From: an uncultured Phycisphaerales bacterium
GTDB taxonomy: Bacteria > Planctomycetota > Phycisphaerae > Tepidisphaerales > Tepidisphaeraceae
NCBI GenBank assembly: GCA_963755915.1
Contig: CAVWLP010000002.1
Span: 1,024,001 to 1,088,000 of the forward strand
Length of the DNA: 64,000 nt
Reading direction: 5' to 3'
Notes under the pieces: generated by a model
The model's database searches: none
What the model saw: the letters and a program-made list of their open reading frames with translations, nothing else
Told to the model about the DNA's origin: nothing
Program-made: the position numbers and the translations under genes
In this document: positions 41,648 through 52,712 of the stretch, one piece after another
Layout: every line of letters begins with the position of its first letter
Numbering within the stretch: position 1 is the stretch's first letter

Positions 41648-43054
41648 ATGCCGTCCATGACAATCACAGAAAAAATCCTCGCCCGACACGCAGGTCGATC
41701 CTCCGTCTTCCCCGGCGAAAACGTCTGGGTCAACGTCGACATCCTCATGACCCACGACGTCTGCGGCCCCGGCACCATCGGCATCTTCCACGAACAGTTC
41801 GGGAAAGACGCCAAAGTCTGGGATCCCGACCGCGTGGTCATCATCCCCGATCACTACATCTTCACCGCCGACCAGAAGTGCCATCGCAACGTGCAAATCC
41901 TGCGTGATTTCGTCAAACAGCAGGGCCTGAGATATTTCTACGACGCCGAGTTCGTCAAAAATGAACCGACAATGCCCAACCCCTACCGCGACCCGACCAA
42001 GACCAGCTACAAAGGCGTCTGCCACAAGGCCCTCCCCGAAGAGGGCCACGTCCGACCCGGTGAAATCCTCCTCGGCACCGACAGCCACACCTGCACCGCC
42101 GGCGCCTTCGGCCAATTCGCCTCCGGCATCGGAAACACCGACGCCGCCTTCGTCCTCGGCACCGGCAAGCTCTGGTTGAAAGTCCCCCCGACCATGCGCT
42201 TCACCTTCCACGGCGCCATCCCCCCATACCTCACCGCCAAGGACCTCATCCTCGCCGTCATCGGTGAAATCGGCGTCGACGGCGCCACCTACCGCAGCAT
42301 GTACTTCGCCGGCGACGGAATCTCCTCCCTCACCCTCGAAGACCGCATGACCCTCACCAACATGGCCATCGAAGCCGGCGGCAAAAATGGCGTCTGCGAC
42401 GTCGACGAAAAAACCCTCAAATATGTCCGAAATCGCAGCAAAATCCCCACCTGGGAAGTCGTCCGCGACGACCCCGACGCGAAATATTGTTTCGATGCCG
42501 AGTGGGATCTGGCAACGCTCGAGCCGCTGGTCGCCAAGCCCCACAGCCCCGACAACCGCGACACCGTCTTCAACTGCCGCGACGTCAAACTCGACCAGGC
42601 CTACATCGGAAGCTGCACCGGCGGCAAGATCACCGACATGATCTTCGCCGCCAACATCCTCAAGGGGAATCGCGTTAAAATCCCCACCTTCGTCGTCCCC
42701 GGCAGCACCGAAGTCCATGCCGACATGAAACGCCTCAACCTCCGCGGCGTCGAAAAAGGCCCCAACGAAAAAAGCGTCGAAGACGTCCTCCTCGACGCCG
42801 GCTGCAACGTCGGCTCCTCCGGTTGCGCCGCCTGCCTCGGTGGCCCCGGTGACACCTTCGGCCGCCTCCAACGCAGCGAAGTCTGCATCAGCACCACCAA
42901 CCGCAATTTCCCCGGCCGAATGGGCAGCACCAAGAGCGCCGTCTACCTCGCCTCACCCCTCACCGTCGCCGCCAGCGCCCTCACCGGCTATGTCACGGAT
43001 CCACGCGAGTACGTCAGCCAGCCCATTGAAACCGGCACCGCCGGAGTCGCCTAG
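41648..43054 (+). CDS. leuC: 3-isopropylmalate dehydratase large subunit
   Basis: DHY, GTDSHT, GSCTGG, CAACLG, STTNRNFPGRMG motifs. Confidence 0.92.
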   Translation: MPSMTITEKILARHAGRSSVFPGENVWVNVDILMTHDVCGPGTIGIFHEQFGKDAKVWDPDRVVIIPDHYIFTADQKCHRNVQILRDFVKQQGLRYFYDAEFVKNEPTMPNPYRDPTKTSYKGVCHKALPEEGHVRPGEILLGTDSHTCTAGAFGQFASGIGNTDAAFVLGTGKLWLKVPPTMRFTFHGAIPPYLTAKDLILAVIGEIGVDGATYRSMYFAGDGISSLTLEDRMTLTNMAIEAGGKNGVCDVDEKTLKYVRNRSKIPTWEVVRDDPDAKYCFDAEWDLATLEPLVAKPHSPDNRDTVFNCRDVKLDQAYIGSCTGGKITDMIFAANILKGNRVKIPTFVVPGSTEVHADMKRLNLRGVEKGPNEKSVEDVLLDAGCNVGSSGCAACLGGPGDTFGRLQRSEVCISTTNRNFPGRMGSTKSAVYLASPLTVAASALTGYVTDPREYVSQPIETGTAGVA

Positions 43055-43088
43055 GGGAAACAAGATATAAGCCTATTCGGGAAGGGAC

Positions 43089-44403
43089 ATGGCATCAGAA
43101 AAAGGCACAGATGATCCCGCCCGCATCATCCGGCGCGCTGCTTCCGCCGACCCCGAGATCAAAAACTATCAACCCGTCGACCTGAGCGAAAAACGCAAGG
43201 GCCTGGCCGATCTAGTCTATTGCATTGCCGAAGCGGCCGAGGAGCCCGGTCGCGTGTTCGATCGTCTCCGCTGGGGTGGCCAGGCGATCGTCATTTGTCC
43301 GTCACATAACGAAGCGGTTCGGCTCAGCGAGGGCTTTGAAAAGTCTGGGTTCGATCTCACCGACCGCCCTTCCCAATTGCGCCGCAAATTTCTGGGCATC
43401 CCTTTCCCGCTGTTTTCCAAAATAATCCACTATTTCATCGCGCAAAAATTGAACTCGTTCCACCCGGCGAAACGACGGATCGGTTCACTTATAATGTTCA
43501 TCTCACGCGCGGCCCCCAAAAAGGCCAATATATTGTCGTAAAAGAGGTCCCCACCCTCGAAATGGTGATGCGGCGGCTACGCAATAAGTGGCCCGATCTT
43601 GCCCCCGAAATCATCGAAAAACGCGCCCGCAAATTCTCCGACAAAATCTTCCCGATATTCCTGACCCGCGAGGCGGCAATCCTCAAAATCGTCAACCGCG
43701 ACCTGCCTCCAGAGTATAGCGATCGCGTCCCCAGCCTCCTCGACATGGAGACGGACGAAAAAGGATTCGCCAAACGCCTCCACCTCAGTTGGCTGCGCAA
43801 CGGCGGCAAACGCCTCGGTCAGATCGAATTCGCCCGCCAAAGCGCCGATTTACTGCGGGCGCTGCATGATGATGCTGGCGTGATGCACCTTGATTTGCGA
43901 CTGGACAATTTTGTAATTACCCCCGCTGGCGTCGGCTTTGTTGACTTCGGGTCGGCTGTCCGCGTCGATGAAAATCTCAAGCAAAGCGTCTCTTGTCCAG
44001 CCTCTTTGAAGAGTTGATGAAAACCAGCGAAATCCAGCGCATGCTCCTCCGCATGACACGAACTGGAGAAGTGACCAGCGAAGCGATTAGCGGAGGACTC
44101 CACAAAGTCGACAAGGCCGTCGACTGCTTTTATCTGGCCATGCAGATCAGCTCGCCGCACGCCAATCCCGACCTGAGCGATCTGATAGAATTTGACAAGA
44201 ATAGCCCTGAAGCGCAGATGCTGTCTGCACTTACAGACCAAATCCTCCGCCCAAAAGACCCCGCAAAACCCGCCTTCCGCTCCGCCGCCGACATCCTCCG
44301 CGGCATTGCTGACTTGAAGCCGGTCCAGATCCCCGATCCCACTCCATCCGCTCCAATGCAAACCTTCGACATGGAAGTGTCGAAAACCCTGCCCCGTCCT
44401 TGA
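43089..44403 (+). CDS. Protein-kinase-like hypothetical protein (frameshifted into three ORFs)
   Basis: VVKEVP, MHLDLRLDNF and VDFG motifs. Confidence 0.7.
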
Positions 44404-44524
44404 CCCCAATTGTGAAATAAAGTAAACGGTAGGCTACGGATGAAGTATTAAACGCGGCCAGAAAAACGCCGTTGGGGAAGAGCATCGGCGCACCGCGTTC
44501 ACAAATGAAAGGGACGCCTATTAA

Positions 44525-44782
44525 CTAAGACTTCTTTTTCCCGTCCGATCCAATCCGCTTCAGGATCATCTCCACGACCTCAGAACGAATGTCGTGCGGA
44601 TAGAGCCCAAGGATAGCGGCCTGAACAACGTCCGATTGGGTCGTGAACCATTCGATGATCCGGCTTGTCGCCGCGATCTGCGTCATTCCCAACCGATCGC
44701 AAAGATCGGCGAGCCCTTTCTTGGACTCGGGGTAAAGTTCGATCCGCATGATCACGCGGCGGGTTTGATTAGCAGCAGCCAT
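44525..44782 (-). CDS. Small RHH-like protein (paralog 1)
   Basis: RVIMRIEL...LCDRLGMTQIAATSRIIEWF. Confidence 0.75.
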   Translation of the reverse strand: MAAANQTRRVIMRIELYPESKKGLADLCDRLGMTQIAATSRIIEWFTTQSDVVQAAILGLYPHDIRSEVVEMILKRIGSDGKKKS

Positions 44783-44903
44783 TGTAGTTTCCTTACGCTA
44801 AAGGACTTAGAAGACAATAGTGGTATATACTAACTAAATTTCACTATGATGGAATAGCCCGGAAACGCTCCGGTCTTCATTCCCTGCCCCTTAAGCCTTC
44901 CCT

Positions 44904-45143
44904 TTAATCCTTACCTCGGGACGCCATCTGCTTCAGCATCTGTTTCGCAAGCTTCCCAAGGGCCGCTTCCGAAAGTGAGGTCATCACCGCCGTTTGAATG
45001 ACTTCGTCCTGTTTTACAAACCAGCCCACCAGACGCGACATCATCGCGATCTGGGTCATCCCCCTCTTCTCACAAAGCTGGTCCAACGCGTTTTTCGCAT
45101 GTGCGTCCAGTTGGATACGCATTATTGCTCGCCGGTCTGCCAT
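44904..45143 (-). CDS. Small RHH-like protein (paralog 2)
   Basis: RAIMRIQL...LCEKRGMTQIAMMSRLVGWF. Confidence 0.75.
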   Translation of the reverse strand: MADRRAIMRIQLDAHAKNALDQLCEKRGMTQIAMMSRLVGWFVKQDEVIQTAVMTSLSEAALGKLAKQMLKQMASRGKD

Positions 45144-45413
45144 AAAACTTCGCTCCGTTGTGTTGTGCGCCCCGACCCCATACACCTTCGACGCGCACTT
45201 CCTTTTTGGTCTCAAACACATTTAGATTAAAAGTACACCGCTTCAAAATTTACTCTGGCCGAATATATTACTACGTAGATTCCAGGCAAATCATCTCACA
45301 AAATTTTAAGATTATTTTTGTAGTACGCCGCAAAATCTGGTGAATCACTTCCGATTCTGCGAACTTTTCCTCTTGGCGCGGCTTGCAATCCTTTCTACCC
45401 ATACCCAAAAAAC

Positions 45414-45695
45414 TCATTTCCCCAGATTCCGACCCGTCAATGCTCGCGCTATCGTTGTCGGGGAATTCGGCACAGATAACGGACCGTGGTCGTCGATCAA
45501 TTGCGCGCTCAGCCGCCGATTCCCTTCCACCAGGGGCTTCCCAATCACTTGCGCGATCTGATTTACCTCTTCCTGCTTCTGCGCCAGAAGCTTCTCCAAC
45601 TCCAGCACCTTCGCGTCGAGCTCCTCGTATTCTTTTAGTGCGTTCTGGTAGAGTTCCTCCCCCTCCCGCATCCATTCTTCAATAGACTTGGCCAC
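45414..45695 (-). CDS. Coiled-coil hypothetical protein
   Basis: GGAGG RBS before the GTG; heptad pattern. Confidence 0.7.
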   Translation of the reverse strand: MAKSIEEWMREGEELYQNALKEYEELDAKVLELEKLLAQKQEEVNQIAQVIGKPLVEGNRRLSAQLIDDHGPLSVPNSPTTIARALTGRNLGK

Positions 45696-46192
45696 TACCC
45701 GAACCTCCCACAGGATCTCATCGAGAATCTGTTCACGCTTTACATTCCGCGCCGCCCGTACCGCCTTACTCCACCCAGCATTTCGATCGATGCTATAACG
45801 CGCGATCACCCATTCACATTTCATTCAAATTCGAAGCTGCTTCAGTTCAATTCGCGCCATCATTTCCGGCGCTGGTATTGGAAGGGCACCCAATCTAACG
45901 CTGCCTTCCATGTTAGCACAAACAACACAAGTTCAGCGAATATTAATTATCGGTTTAGCCCGGCAACGCAAATTTTCCCGAACTTTGCGCAACACAACTC
46001 CTCCGCATTGCGCGAAGCCAAAAGCAGTTCAACAATTGAACATTTCTCCTTCATCGTAGAATATTGGTTCGTTTTGGTATAAATTGGGTCCCCTCCCGCC
46101 GCCCAAACCCCGCCCCAGACCCGTCTCGCGCACCGCCAATGACGTTCCATCCCCCCGGCGATAAAATGCCCGGCTACTTTTCAAAAGGAACC

Positions 46193-47410
46193 ATGGCCAG
46201 CAACCAATCCAGCGACCCCTTTAAAGAAAAATTCCGCCCCGATCTCGACGCCAAACTCGACGCCCAGATCGACGCCGCCATGGACGGAATCTCCATCGAC
46301 GACCTCTACGGATTCAACAAGTCCAAAGCCACCGAACCCCACACCGAAAAAGGCGTCCGCCGCGGAAAAATCGTCTCCATCGAAAAGGACGACGTCTTCG
46401 TCGATTTCGGTGGCAAGAGCCAGGGCGTCGTCCCCGCGCTCCAATTCGAAGAGCCCCCCCAGGTCGGCCAGGAAATGGAGTTCAACGTAGAACGATACGA
46501 CTCCTCCGAAGGCTTGCTGATCCTCTCCCGAAAAGGCGCCGCCGCCGGAAACGTCACCTGGGAAACCCTCGAAGTCGGCCAAATCGTCGAGGGAACCGTC
46601 ACCGCCGTCAACAAAGGTGGCCTCGAACTAACAGTCAAAACCATGCGCGCCTTCATGCCCGCCGGTCAGGTCGATCTCTATCACGTCCCCGATCTCTCCC
46701 AGTTCATCAATCAGAAAATCACCGCCGAAGTCACCGCCTTCGAGCGCGAAGGCCGCAACATCGTCCTCTCGCGCCGAAACATCCTCGAACGCCAGCGCGA
46801 AGAGCAAAAGCAAAAGCTCATGGAAGAACTCGCCGTCGGCCAGATCCGCCGCGGAACCGTCCGCAGCATCATGGACTTCGGCGCCTTCGTCGATCTCGGT
46901 GGCGTCGACGGCCTCCTCCACGTCAGCGAAATGAGCTTCCGCCGCGTCCGCAATCCCGGCGAAATCGTCAAAGAGGGCGATGTCCTCGACGTCAAAATCC
47001 TCAAGATCGACCGCGAAGCCGGAAAGCTCAGCCTCAGCCTCAAGCAAGCCCGCGGCGTAGACCCCTGGCTCGACGCCCAAACCCGCTACTCCGTCGGCTC
47101 CCAAATCACCGGCCGCGTCACGAAGATCGAAACCTTCGGCGCCTTCATCGAAGTCGAGGAAGGCATCGAAGGACTTCTCCCCATCAGCGAAATCAGCCAT
47201 CGCCGCATCAAATCCCCCAGCGAGGTCGTCAAGGAGGGCGACACCCTCCGCCTCGTCGTCCTCTCCGTCGATCCCATCGCCCGCAGAATGTCCTTCAGTC
47301 TCAAACAGGCCATGCTCCCCGAAGAACCACCCCCCGAAAAAGCCGCCGACACAGCCCCCGCCAAACCAAAGAAAAAGCGCCCCCAACTCCGCGGCGGACT
47401 GGATTTTTGA
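46193..47410 (+). CDS. S1 RNA-binding repeat protein (RpsA-like, about four S1 domains)
   Basis: VFVDFGGK, FGAFVDLGGVDGLLHVSE, FGAFIEVEEGIEGLL motifs. Confidence 0.9.
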   Translation: MASNQSSDPFKEKFRPDLDAKLDAQIDAAMDGISIDDLYGFNKSKATEPHTEKGVRRGKIVSIEKDDVFVDFGGKSQGVVPALQFEEPPQVGQEMEFNVERYDSSEGLLILSRKGAAAGNVTWETLEVGQIVEGTVTAVNKGGLELTVKTMRAFMPAGQVDLYHVPDLSQFINQKITAEVTAFEREGRNIVLSRRNILERQREEQKQKLMEELAVGQIRRGTVRSIMDFGAFVDLGGVDGLLHVSEMSFRRVRNPGEIVKEGDVLDVKILKIDREAGKLSLSLKQARGVDPWLDAQTRYSVGSQITGRVTKIETFGAFIEVEEGIEGLLPISEISHRRIKSPSEVVKEGDTLRLVVLSVDPIARRMSFSLKQAMLPEEPPPEKAADTAPAKPKKKRPQLRGGLDF

Positions 47411-49053
47411 AAATCTCCTCTTTCATCGCCGCCATCGCCCTCCTTGCCGCCGTTTGCAACGGCGCCGATGCCCCGCAATCCGTCGAGCCCCAGCTCGCCC
47501 CCAATGTCGCCGACCGCTGGGCTCTCACCTTCCCGCGCGACCAGGACGGATTCACCATCTTCCCCCTCGGCGAAGGCTCACGCATCGTCCTCGTCAGCAG
47601 CTCCGACGGCAGTGACTTCTACGACGGCATGATCCAGCCCGTCCGAACCCTGAAAAAAGCCCTCACCCTCGTTCGCAACGGATACCCCGATCGCATCCTC
47701 TTCAAGCGCGGCGACGTCTTCCGCGAGGCAGGCCTCGACGTCAACATCGAAAAACAGGGCCGCAGCGCCCTCGAGCCCTTCATCATCGGCGCCTACGGCA
47801 GTACCCGCCTCCCGCGCCCCATCCTCTATTCCCACATCAGCCTCGGCGCCAAGATCGAGCCCCGATATCTCGTCCTCCAAAGCCTCGACCTCTTCGCCGA
47901 CACCCGCGATCCCTCCCAGCGCGCCACCTTCAGCGTCAAAAAAATGAGCGACCACCAGACCTTCGGCATCGGCCTGATATGCCCGGGCAGATTCCTCTGG
48001 ATCGAAGACTGCCGCATCCGCGATTTCGGCATGGGCCTCGTCCTCGAAGCCCCCCTCACCAACTATTTCGATACCCTCATCCTCCGCCGCTGCGAAGTCC
48101 TCGATTCCTGGGCCTTCGGCATGTCCTCAGGAATCTACCTGGAGAATTTTGAAAACGTCCTCATCGACGAAAACGTTTTCGACCACAACGGCTGGGCCGA
48201 CCTCCCCGGCGCCGGCAAAACGATGTTCAACCACGACATGTACCTCCAGCACGGCCACATGGGCGAAGACCGCCACATCACCGTCCGCGGCAACATCATC
48301 GCCCGCGCCGCCAGCCACGGCTGCCAGCTCCGCCCCGGCGGATTGCTGGAAGGCAATCTATTTCTAAAAAATCCCCTCGGCGCCTTCATGAGCTTCTCCC
48401 CCTCCATCGCCAGAAACAACGTCGTGCTGGACGGCGATTCCATCGCCCCGGGTTTGGAGCGCGGCCAGGGCCTCGAATTTTTGAACTGCTATCAAGCCCT
48501 CGCCGAGGGAAACATCATCGCCCACAAGCCCGACAAACGAAACGGCCAGGAAGGCCTCGCCTTCTACCCCGAAGGCCGCCAGGGAATCCCCGCCCCCACT
48601 GTCGGCATTTTCCGCCACAACATCGTCTACGACTGGGCCGGCCCCGCCTTCTTCATGGTCTCCGAGCCCGCCGGCCTCGTCGCCACCGACAACTTCTTCG
48701 AACAAACCGACAACCCCGACATTTTTCTCCACGACTGGCAGAGCAAATTCGTCTTCCAGAACAACCACTACACGTCCCAGCTCTCCCAACCCTTCCGCAT
48801 CGGCGAGAAATACCTGGACCTCGCCGGTTGGATCGCTCAGACAGGCGAGAAGCCCAACACCGCCGCCGCGAAGTTTGTCGATCCCTCCCGCGACATCGCC
48901 AGTTATGCCAAGTCCATCGGCCTCGAGGATCATTCGCTGGAAGGCTTCCTCACCGCCGCCCGCGAGCAGCGCCGCGGGCACTGGGATAATCGCCTCACCG
49001 CCGAGGCGGTGAACCAATACATCCGCGCCGGGTTTGCGATTCGATCGCCGTGA
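47407..49053 (+). CDS. Secreted right-handed beta-helix protein
   Basis: Signal peptide, DRILFKRGDVF, IGAYG, NVFDHNG and repeated GN(I/L) turns. Confidence 0.8.
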   Translation: MKISSFIAAIALLAAVCNGADAPQSVEPQLAPNVADRWALTFPRDQDGFTIFPLGEGSRIVLVSSSDGSDFYDGMIQPVRTLKKALTLVRNGYPDRILFKRGDVFREAGLDVNIEKQGRSALEPFIIGAYGSTRLPRPILYSHISLGAKIEPRYLVLQSLDLFADTRDPSQRATFSVKKMSDHQTFGIGLICPGRFLWIEDCRIRDFGMGLVLEAPLTNYFDTLILRRCEVLDSWAFGMSSGIYLENFENVLIDENVFDHNGWADLPGAGKTMFNHDMYLQHGHMGEDRHITVRGNIIARAASHGCQLRPGGLLEGNLFLKNPLGAFMSFSPSIARNNVVLDGDSIAPGLERGQGLEFLNCYQALAEGNIIAHKPDKRNGQEGLAFYPEGRQGIPAPTVGIFRHNIVYDWAGPAFFMVSEPAGLVATDNFFEQTDNPDIFLHDWQSKFVFQNNHYTSQLSQPFRIGEKYLDLAGWIAQTGEKPNTAAAKFVDPSRDIASYAKSIGLEDHSLEGFLTAAREQRRGHWDNRLTAEAVNQYIRAGFAIRSP

Positions 49054-49099
49054 GGGGACGCGGTTTTTGAGCTGAAAACGCGGAAATGTTACATAATTT

Positions 49100-50588
49100 T
49101 AATCCCGTTCGGCACGGGGTTCGCGCAAGCAGCAAGATATTGAGATTGCGCCTTTGATCTTTTTATGGCATGCTGCCGGACGTGCAGGCAAGACTGAAGG
49201 AAAAAGAGATCCTGTGCCTCGGACATCTGCGGCGCGTCTTCGCGCTGCTGCCCACGCTGCGGGATGTGGGCTGTGAGCGGGATCGAGCCGGGAACCGCCA
49301 GCTTCACTTCGACGATTATTGCAAGCTGGTTTTGCTTTACACCTGGAATCCGCTGATCCAATCCCTGCGGGATCTTCAGGAGGTTGCTGAAATGCCCAAG
49401 GTGGCCAAGGCGCTGGGAATTAAGCGTTTTTCCGTGGGCAGTTTCTCTGAATCGGTTCGGGTGTTCGAGCCGGGGCGTTTGACGCCGCTGATTGAGGAAT
49501 TGGCGGGGGAACTGCCCCAGGCGCCCGATCCGCGTCTTGCGGACTTTGGGCAGGCGATCACGCTGGTCGACGGGACGGTGCTGACGGCGCTGAGTCGGCT
49601 GGCCAAATCCGCTTGCGGCATCGATGCGCGCTACAACACCTCCCGGGACGGGAAAGCGGTCTATGGCTGGCGTTTGCACGTTCAATTCGATCTGGAGACG
49701 TTCAAAGTCCATCGCCTCGACCGCACTGGCGCTCGCAACGCGGGGGCCAACCGTGAAAACAACGTCCTGCGGCGCAGCCTGGAAGCAGGACGGTGCTATG
49801 TAGGAGACGGCGGCTACGCCGACCGGAGCCTCTTTGCGGACATCGCCGCGGCGCAAAGCTCCTTTGTGATGCGGGCCGCGGAAAACTCGGTGTTTGAGCT
49901 GTTTGAAGAACGATTGCTTTCACAGGAAGCATTGGACGGCGGCGTGGTGCGAGACGCGCTGGTGAAACTCGACGGCCTGGAGACGGCGGCGGATAGGGTG
50001 GTGCGACGGGTGGAAGTGCAGGTGAAACCCCATCCGCGCCGCACGCGCAGCGGCAACAAGCCGACGGACCTGATCATCCTGTACACGAACCTGCTGGACC
50101 TGCCGGCGGAATTGATCGCCCTGATTTATCTGTACCGCTACACCGTTGAGTTGTTCTTCCGGATCTTCAAGCAACTGCTGGGCATGCGTCACCTGCTGAG
50201 CCAACGCCAGGAGGGGATCGACATCCAAATCCACTGCGCGCTGATCGTCTGCGTGCTGATTCAGCTGATCAGCGGCAGGAAGCCGAACAAGGCGATGCGG
50301 AACATGATCGGCTGGTATCTGCTGGGGCTGGCCGAGGAACAGGACGTGCTTCGATTCCTGAACAAGCCGGATAACACCGGGATTAAGCTGAGGGCAAGAG
50401 CGGAGGCCTTGAAAAAACTGGGAGTAAACTGAAGGGGAATCCGTCGCCGCGGAGACCTCGCGGTTGATGCTGCGTCTTGCGGACGCCGGCGTGCAGCAGG
50501 GGAAAGTAAAAGTATCTAAGCTTCAATTGTTTCGCGTCCTCCACAGCTTTGGAATGCTCCGATGAAGCCTGCGTGCCGAACGGGATTA
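49100..50588 (+). mobile_element. IS4-family element 1
   Basis: 16-bp IR TAATCCCGTTCGGCAC / GTGCCGAACGGGATTA; 9-bp TSD ACATAATTT (49091-99, 50589-97). Confidence 0.95.
49170..50432 (+). CDS. IS4 transposase
   Basis: VDGT, VGDGGY and YLYRYTVELFFRIFK (YREK) motifs. Confidence 0.95.
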   Translation: MLPDVQARLKEKEILCLGHLRRVFALLPTLRDVGCERDRAGNRQLHFDDYCKLVLLYTWNPLIQSLRDLQEVAEMPKVAKALGIKRFSVGSFSESVRVFEPGRLTPLIEELAGELPQAPDPRLADFGQAITLVDGTVLTALSRLAKSACGIDARYNTSRDGKAVYGWRLHVQFDLETFKVHRLDRTGARNAGANRENNVLRRSLEAGRCYVGDGGYADRSLFADIAAAQSSFVMRAAENSVFELFEERLLSQEALDGGVVRDALVKLDGLETAADRVVRRVEVQVKPHPRRTRSGNKPTDLIILYTNLLDLPAELIALIYLYRYTVELFFRIFKQLLGMRHLLSQRQEGIDIQIHCALIVCVLIQLISGRKPNKAMRNMIGWYLLGLAEEQDVLRFLNKPDNTGIKLRARAEALKKLGVN

Positions 50589-50618
50589 ACATAATTTTAC
50601 GTTTTGTTACGTTTTTGG

Positions 50619-52141
50619 CAATAGTGTCCGGAACGCGGGCTCACCAATGACACAATCTTGCGCCTGCGCGAAGCAGCGTTTTGTGGTTCACTGCCGCCAC
50701 GTGCACGCGGACCTTTGCCCAGCTTCTGGATTGCCCGCCAAGCCGGGACGAAAGCCGCGGCCGGCGGTGCGGGGGGAGGATTTGTTCGGCGGCAAGTACG
50801 TCGGTATTTTGCAGGATCATCTGGCCCGCCTGCGGGCGGCGCATCCCCACCCCAATCGCACGCTTTTTTATGACGATGTGACCCTTGCCTATCTGCTGGC
50901 GTTTTTCACGCCGGCGATTCGCAGCCTGCGGACGATGGAGGATTTCAGCCAGACCGAGCAGATGCAGGAGCAGCTTTCGGTCGATCGCCTGCCGCGTTCC
51001 ACGCTTTCCGATGCCAACGCCCTGTTCGATCCGACGCTGCTGGAGCCGATCATCGAGGAGTTGCGGGCGCGGCTGCCGCACCTGCGTCACGGCGATCCGA
51101 AGCTGGCGGAGTTGACCGAGCGGGTACGGGTGGTGGATGGGTCGCTGTTCACCGTTGCCGCCGACGTGGCCTGGGCGCTGCATCAAAGTCGACCCAACGG
51201 AAAGCCCATGGACACGATTCGCCTGAATCTTCAATGGGCGGCGGGCGTGGGGGTTCCCGAGGGAGTGACGATCAGCGGCGCGGGATGCTCCGAGGCGCAG
51301 GCGCTGATGCAGTCCCTGGAGCCGGGACAGATTTACGTCATGGACCGCGGCTACGTCTGTTTCGAGCTGCTGGAGCGGATCGTACATGCCTGCAGCGATT
51401 TTGTGCTCCGGCTCAAGTCAAACAACTATTTCATTCCCATCGAAAACAATGACTTGACCCCCAAGTCCCTGCCGCTGAGCGATGAAGACCGCGCTGCCGG
51501 CATTCTCAGCGACCGGATCGGATACCTGGGCTCAGAAGGGCCACGCTTTGCTCCTCCGGCGGGAAAATGGCTTCGGGAAGTGACGATCTTCGACCCGGAC
51601 AAACCCGACAGGCCCCTGCGGCTGCTGACCAATCTTCTTAACATTCCCGCCCATGTCATCGGTCTGCTCTACCGCTGGCGATGGAAGATCGAGCTGTTTT
51701 TCCGCTGGCTGAAAGTGCACGCCCACTTCCGCCATCTCACCAGCCACAGCAAAAACGGCGTCACCACCGGGTTCTACATCGCGGTCATCGGGGTGCTGTT
51801 GATCTATCTGCACACGCAGCGTCCGGTGAGCAAATATGCCTACGCGATGCTGAGCCTGGTCGCCGCGGGAGGGGCCACGTTGCAAGAGATTATTCCCATC
51901 CTGCAGCGCCGAGAACGGGAATGCGAGCTGCAGCGTCAGCGTGTGGCACGGAAGAAGGCTGAAAAAATCGTCAAGTAAGTCACCGGGGGTTTTTGTTGTC
52001 CGGCCGCCGGTGAACGCCGCGGCATGCGCTGCAGGAGCAGCGCTGAACCTTCCACGCCGTTGCCCATCGAGGCAACGCAGCCTTTCGAGTGAAAACCCGA
52101 AAAATCCCAGCTTTAAGACGCGGAAGTCCCGGACAATATTG
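50619..52141 (+). mobile_element. IS4-family element 2
   Basis: IR CAATAGTGTCCGGAAC / GTCCCGGACAATATTG; 9-bp TSD CGTTTTTGG (50610-18, 52142-50). Confidence 0.95.
50647..51978 (+). CDS. IS4 transposase
   Basis: VDGS, MDRGY and YRWRWKIELFFRWLK motifs. Start uncertain. Confidence 0.95.
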   Translation: MTQSCACAKQRFVVHCRHVHADLCPASGLPAKPGRKPRPAVRGEDLFGGKYVGILQDHLARLRAAHPHPNRTLFYDDVTLAYLLAFFTPAIRSLRTMEDFSQTEQMQEQLSVDRLPRSTLSDANALFDPTLLEPIIEELRARLPHLRHGDPKLAELTERVRVVDGSLFTVAADVAWALHQSRPNGKPMDTIRLNLQWAAGVGVPEGVTISGAGCSEAQALMQSLEPGQIYVMDRGYVCFELLERIVHACSDFVLRLKSNNYFIPIENNDLTPKSLPLSDEDRAAGILSDRIGYLGSEGPRFAPPAGKWLREVTIFDPDKPDRPLRLLTNLLNIPAHVIGLLYRWRWKIELFFRWLKVHAHFRHLTSHSKNGVTTGFYIAVIGVLLIYLHTQRPVSKYAYAMLSLVAAGGATLQEIIPILQRRERECELQRQRVARKKAEKIVK

Positions 52142-52309
52142 CGTTTTTGGCGAATTAGTAAGTATATGCTAACTTATTTTGATTTAAGTCTGTGTGTGGG
52201 AGATGGTTGCGCGGGGTTTGGTTAATTTTCAATAAACGAGGGATGTAACAATTGCGGGGCCCTGGGCGAGGTCGATGCAGGCCGAAAAGAAAACGCATTG
52301 CCGATTTCG

Positions 52310-52690
52310 TCAAAACTCAGCCTCGGGGTCGATGAGCGAAAGCGAGCGAATGGTGACCTCGTCCAAAATGCCGCGCGGGCATTTGGCGATCAGGCTCATC
52401 GAACGCTCTCGGTAATCGAGTTGACGCAGGGCATCGGAAAGAACTACCGAATCAACCTCACCCACGCCCGCTTTGGGCGGCAAGACGCCCTTCGGCAAAA
52501 GCACCTCAAACGGACCGCCTCGAATCCGCGACGTAATCGCGGCACACACGGCAAGCCCAGTCGCCTGGCTGTACGATTTAGAGCTCAGAACCAGCGCGTA
52601 ATGCGGGCCGGTCAATTCACGGCCAGCGGAGGGGCTCAAATTGACGTGCACTAAATCGCCGCGGTCCGGCACATACGTGAGTCTGGCCAT
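52310..52690 (-). CDS. mazF: MazF/PemK toxin
   Basis: YVPDRGDLV, PSAGRE, ALVLS, AITS, LDYRER motifs. Confidence 0.92.
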   Translation of the reverse strand: MARLTYVPDRGDLVHVNLSPSAGRELTGPHYALVLSSKSYSQATGLAVCAAITSRIRGGPFEVLLPKGVLPPKAGVGEVDSVVLSDALRQLDYRERSMSLIAKCPRGILDEVTIRSLSLIDPEAEF

Positions 52691-52712
52691 CGCGGATTCC
52701 TACCCGATTTTC

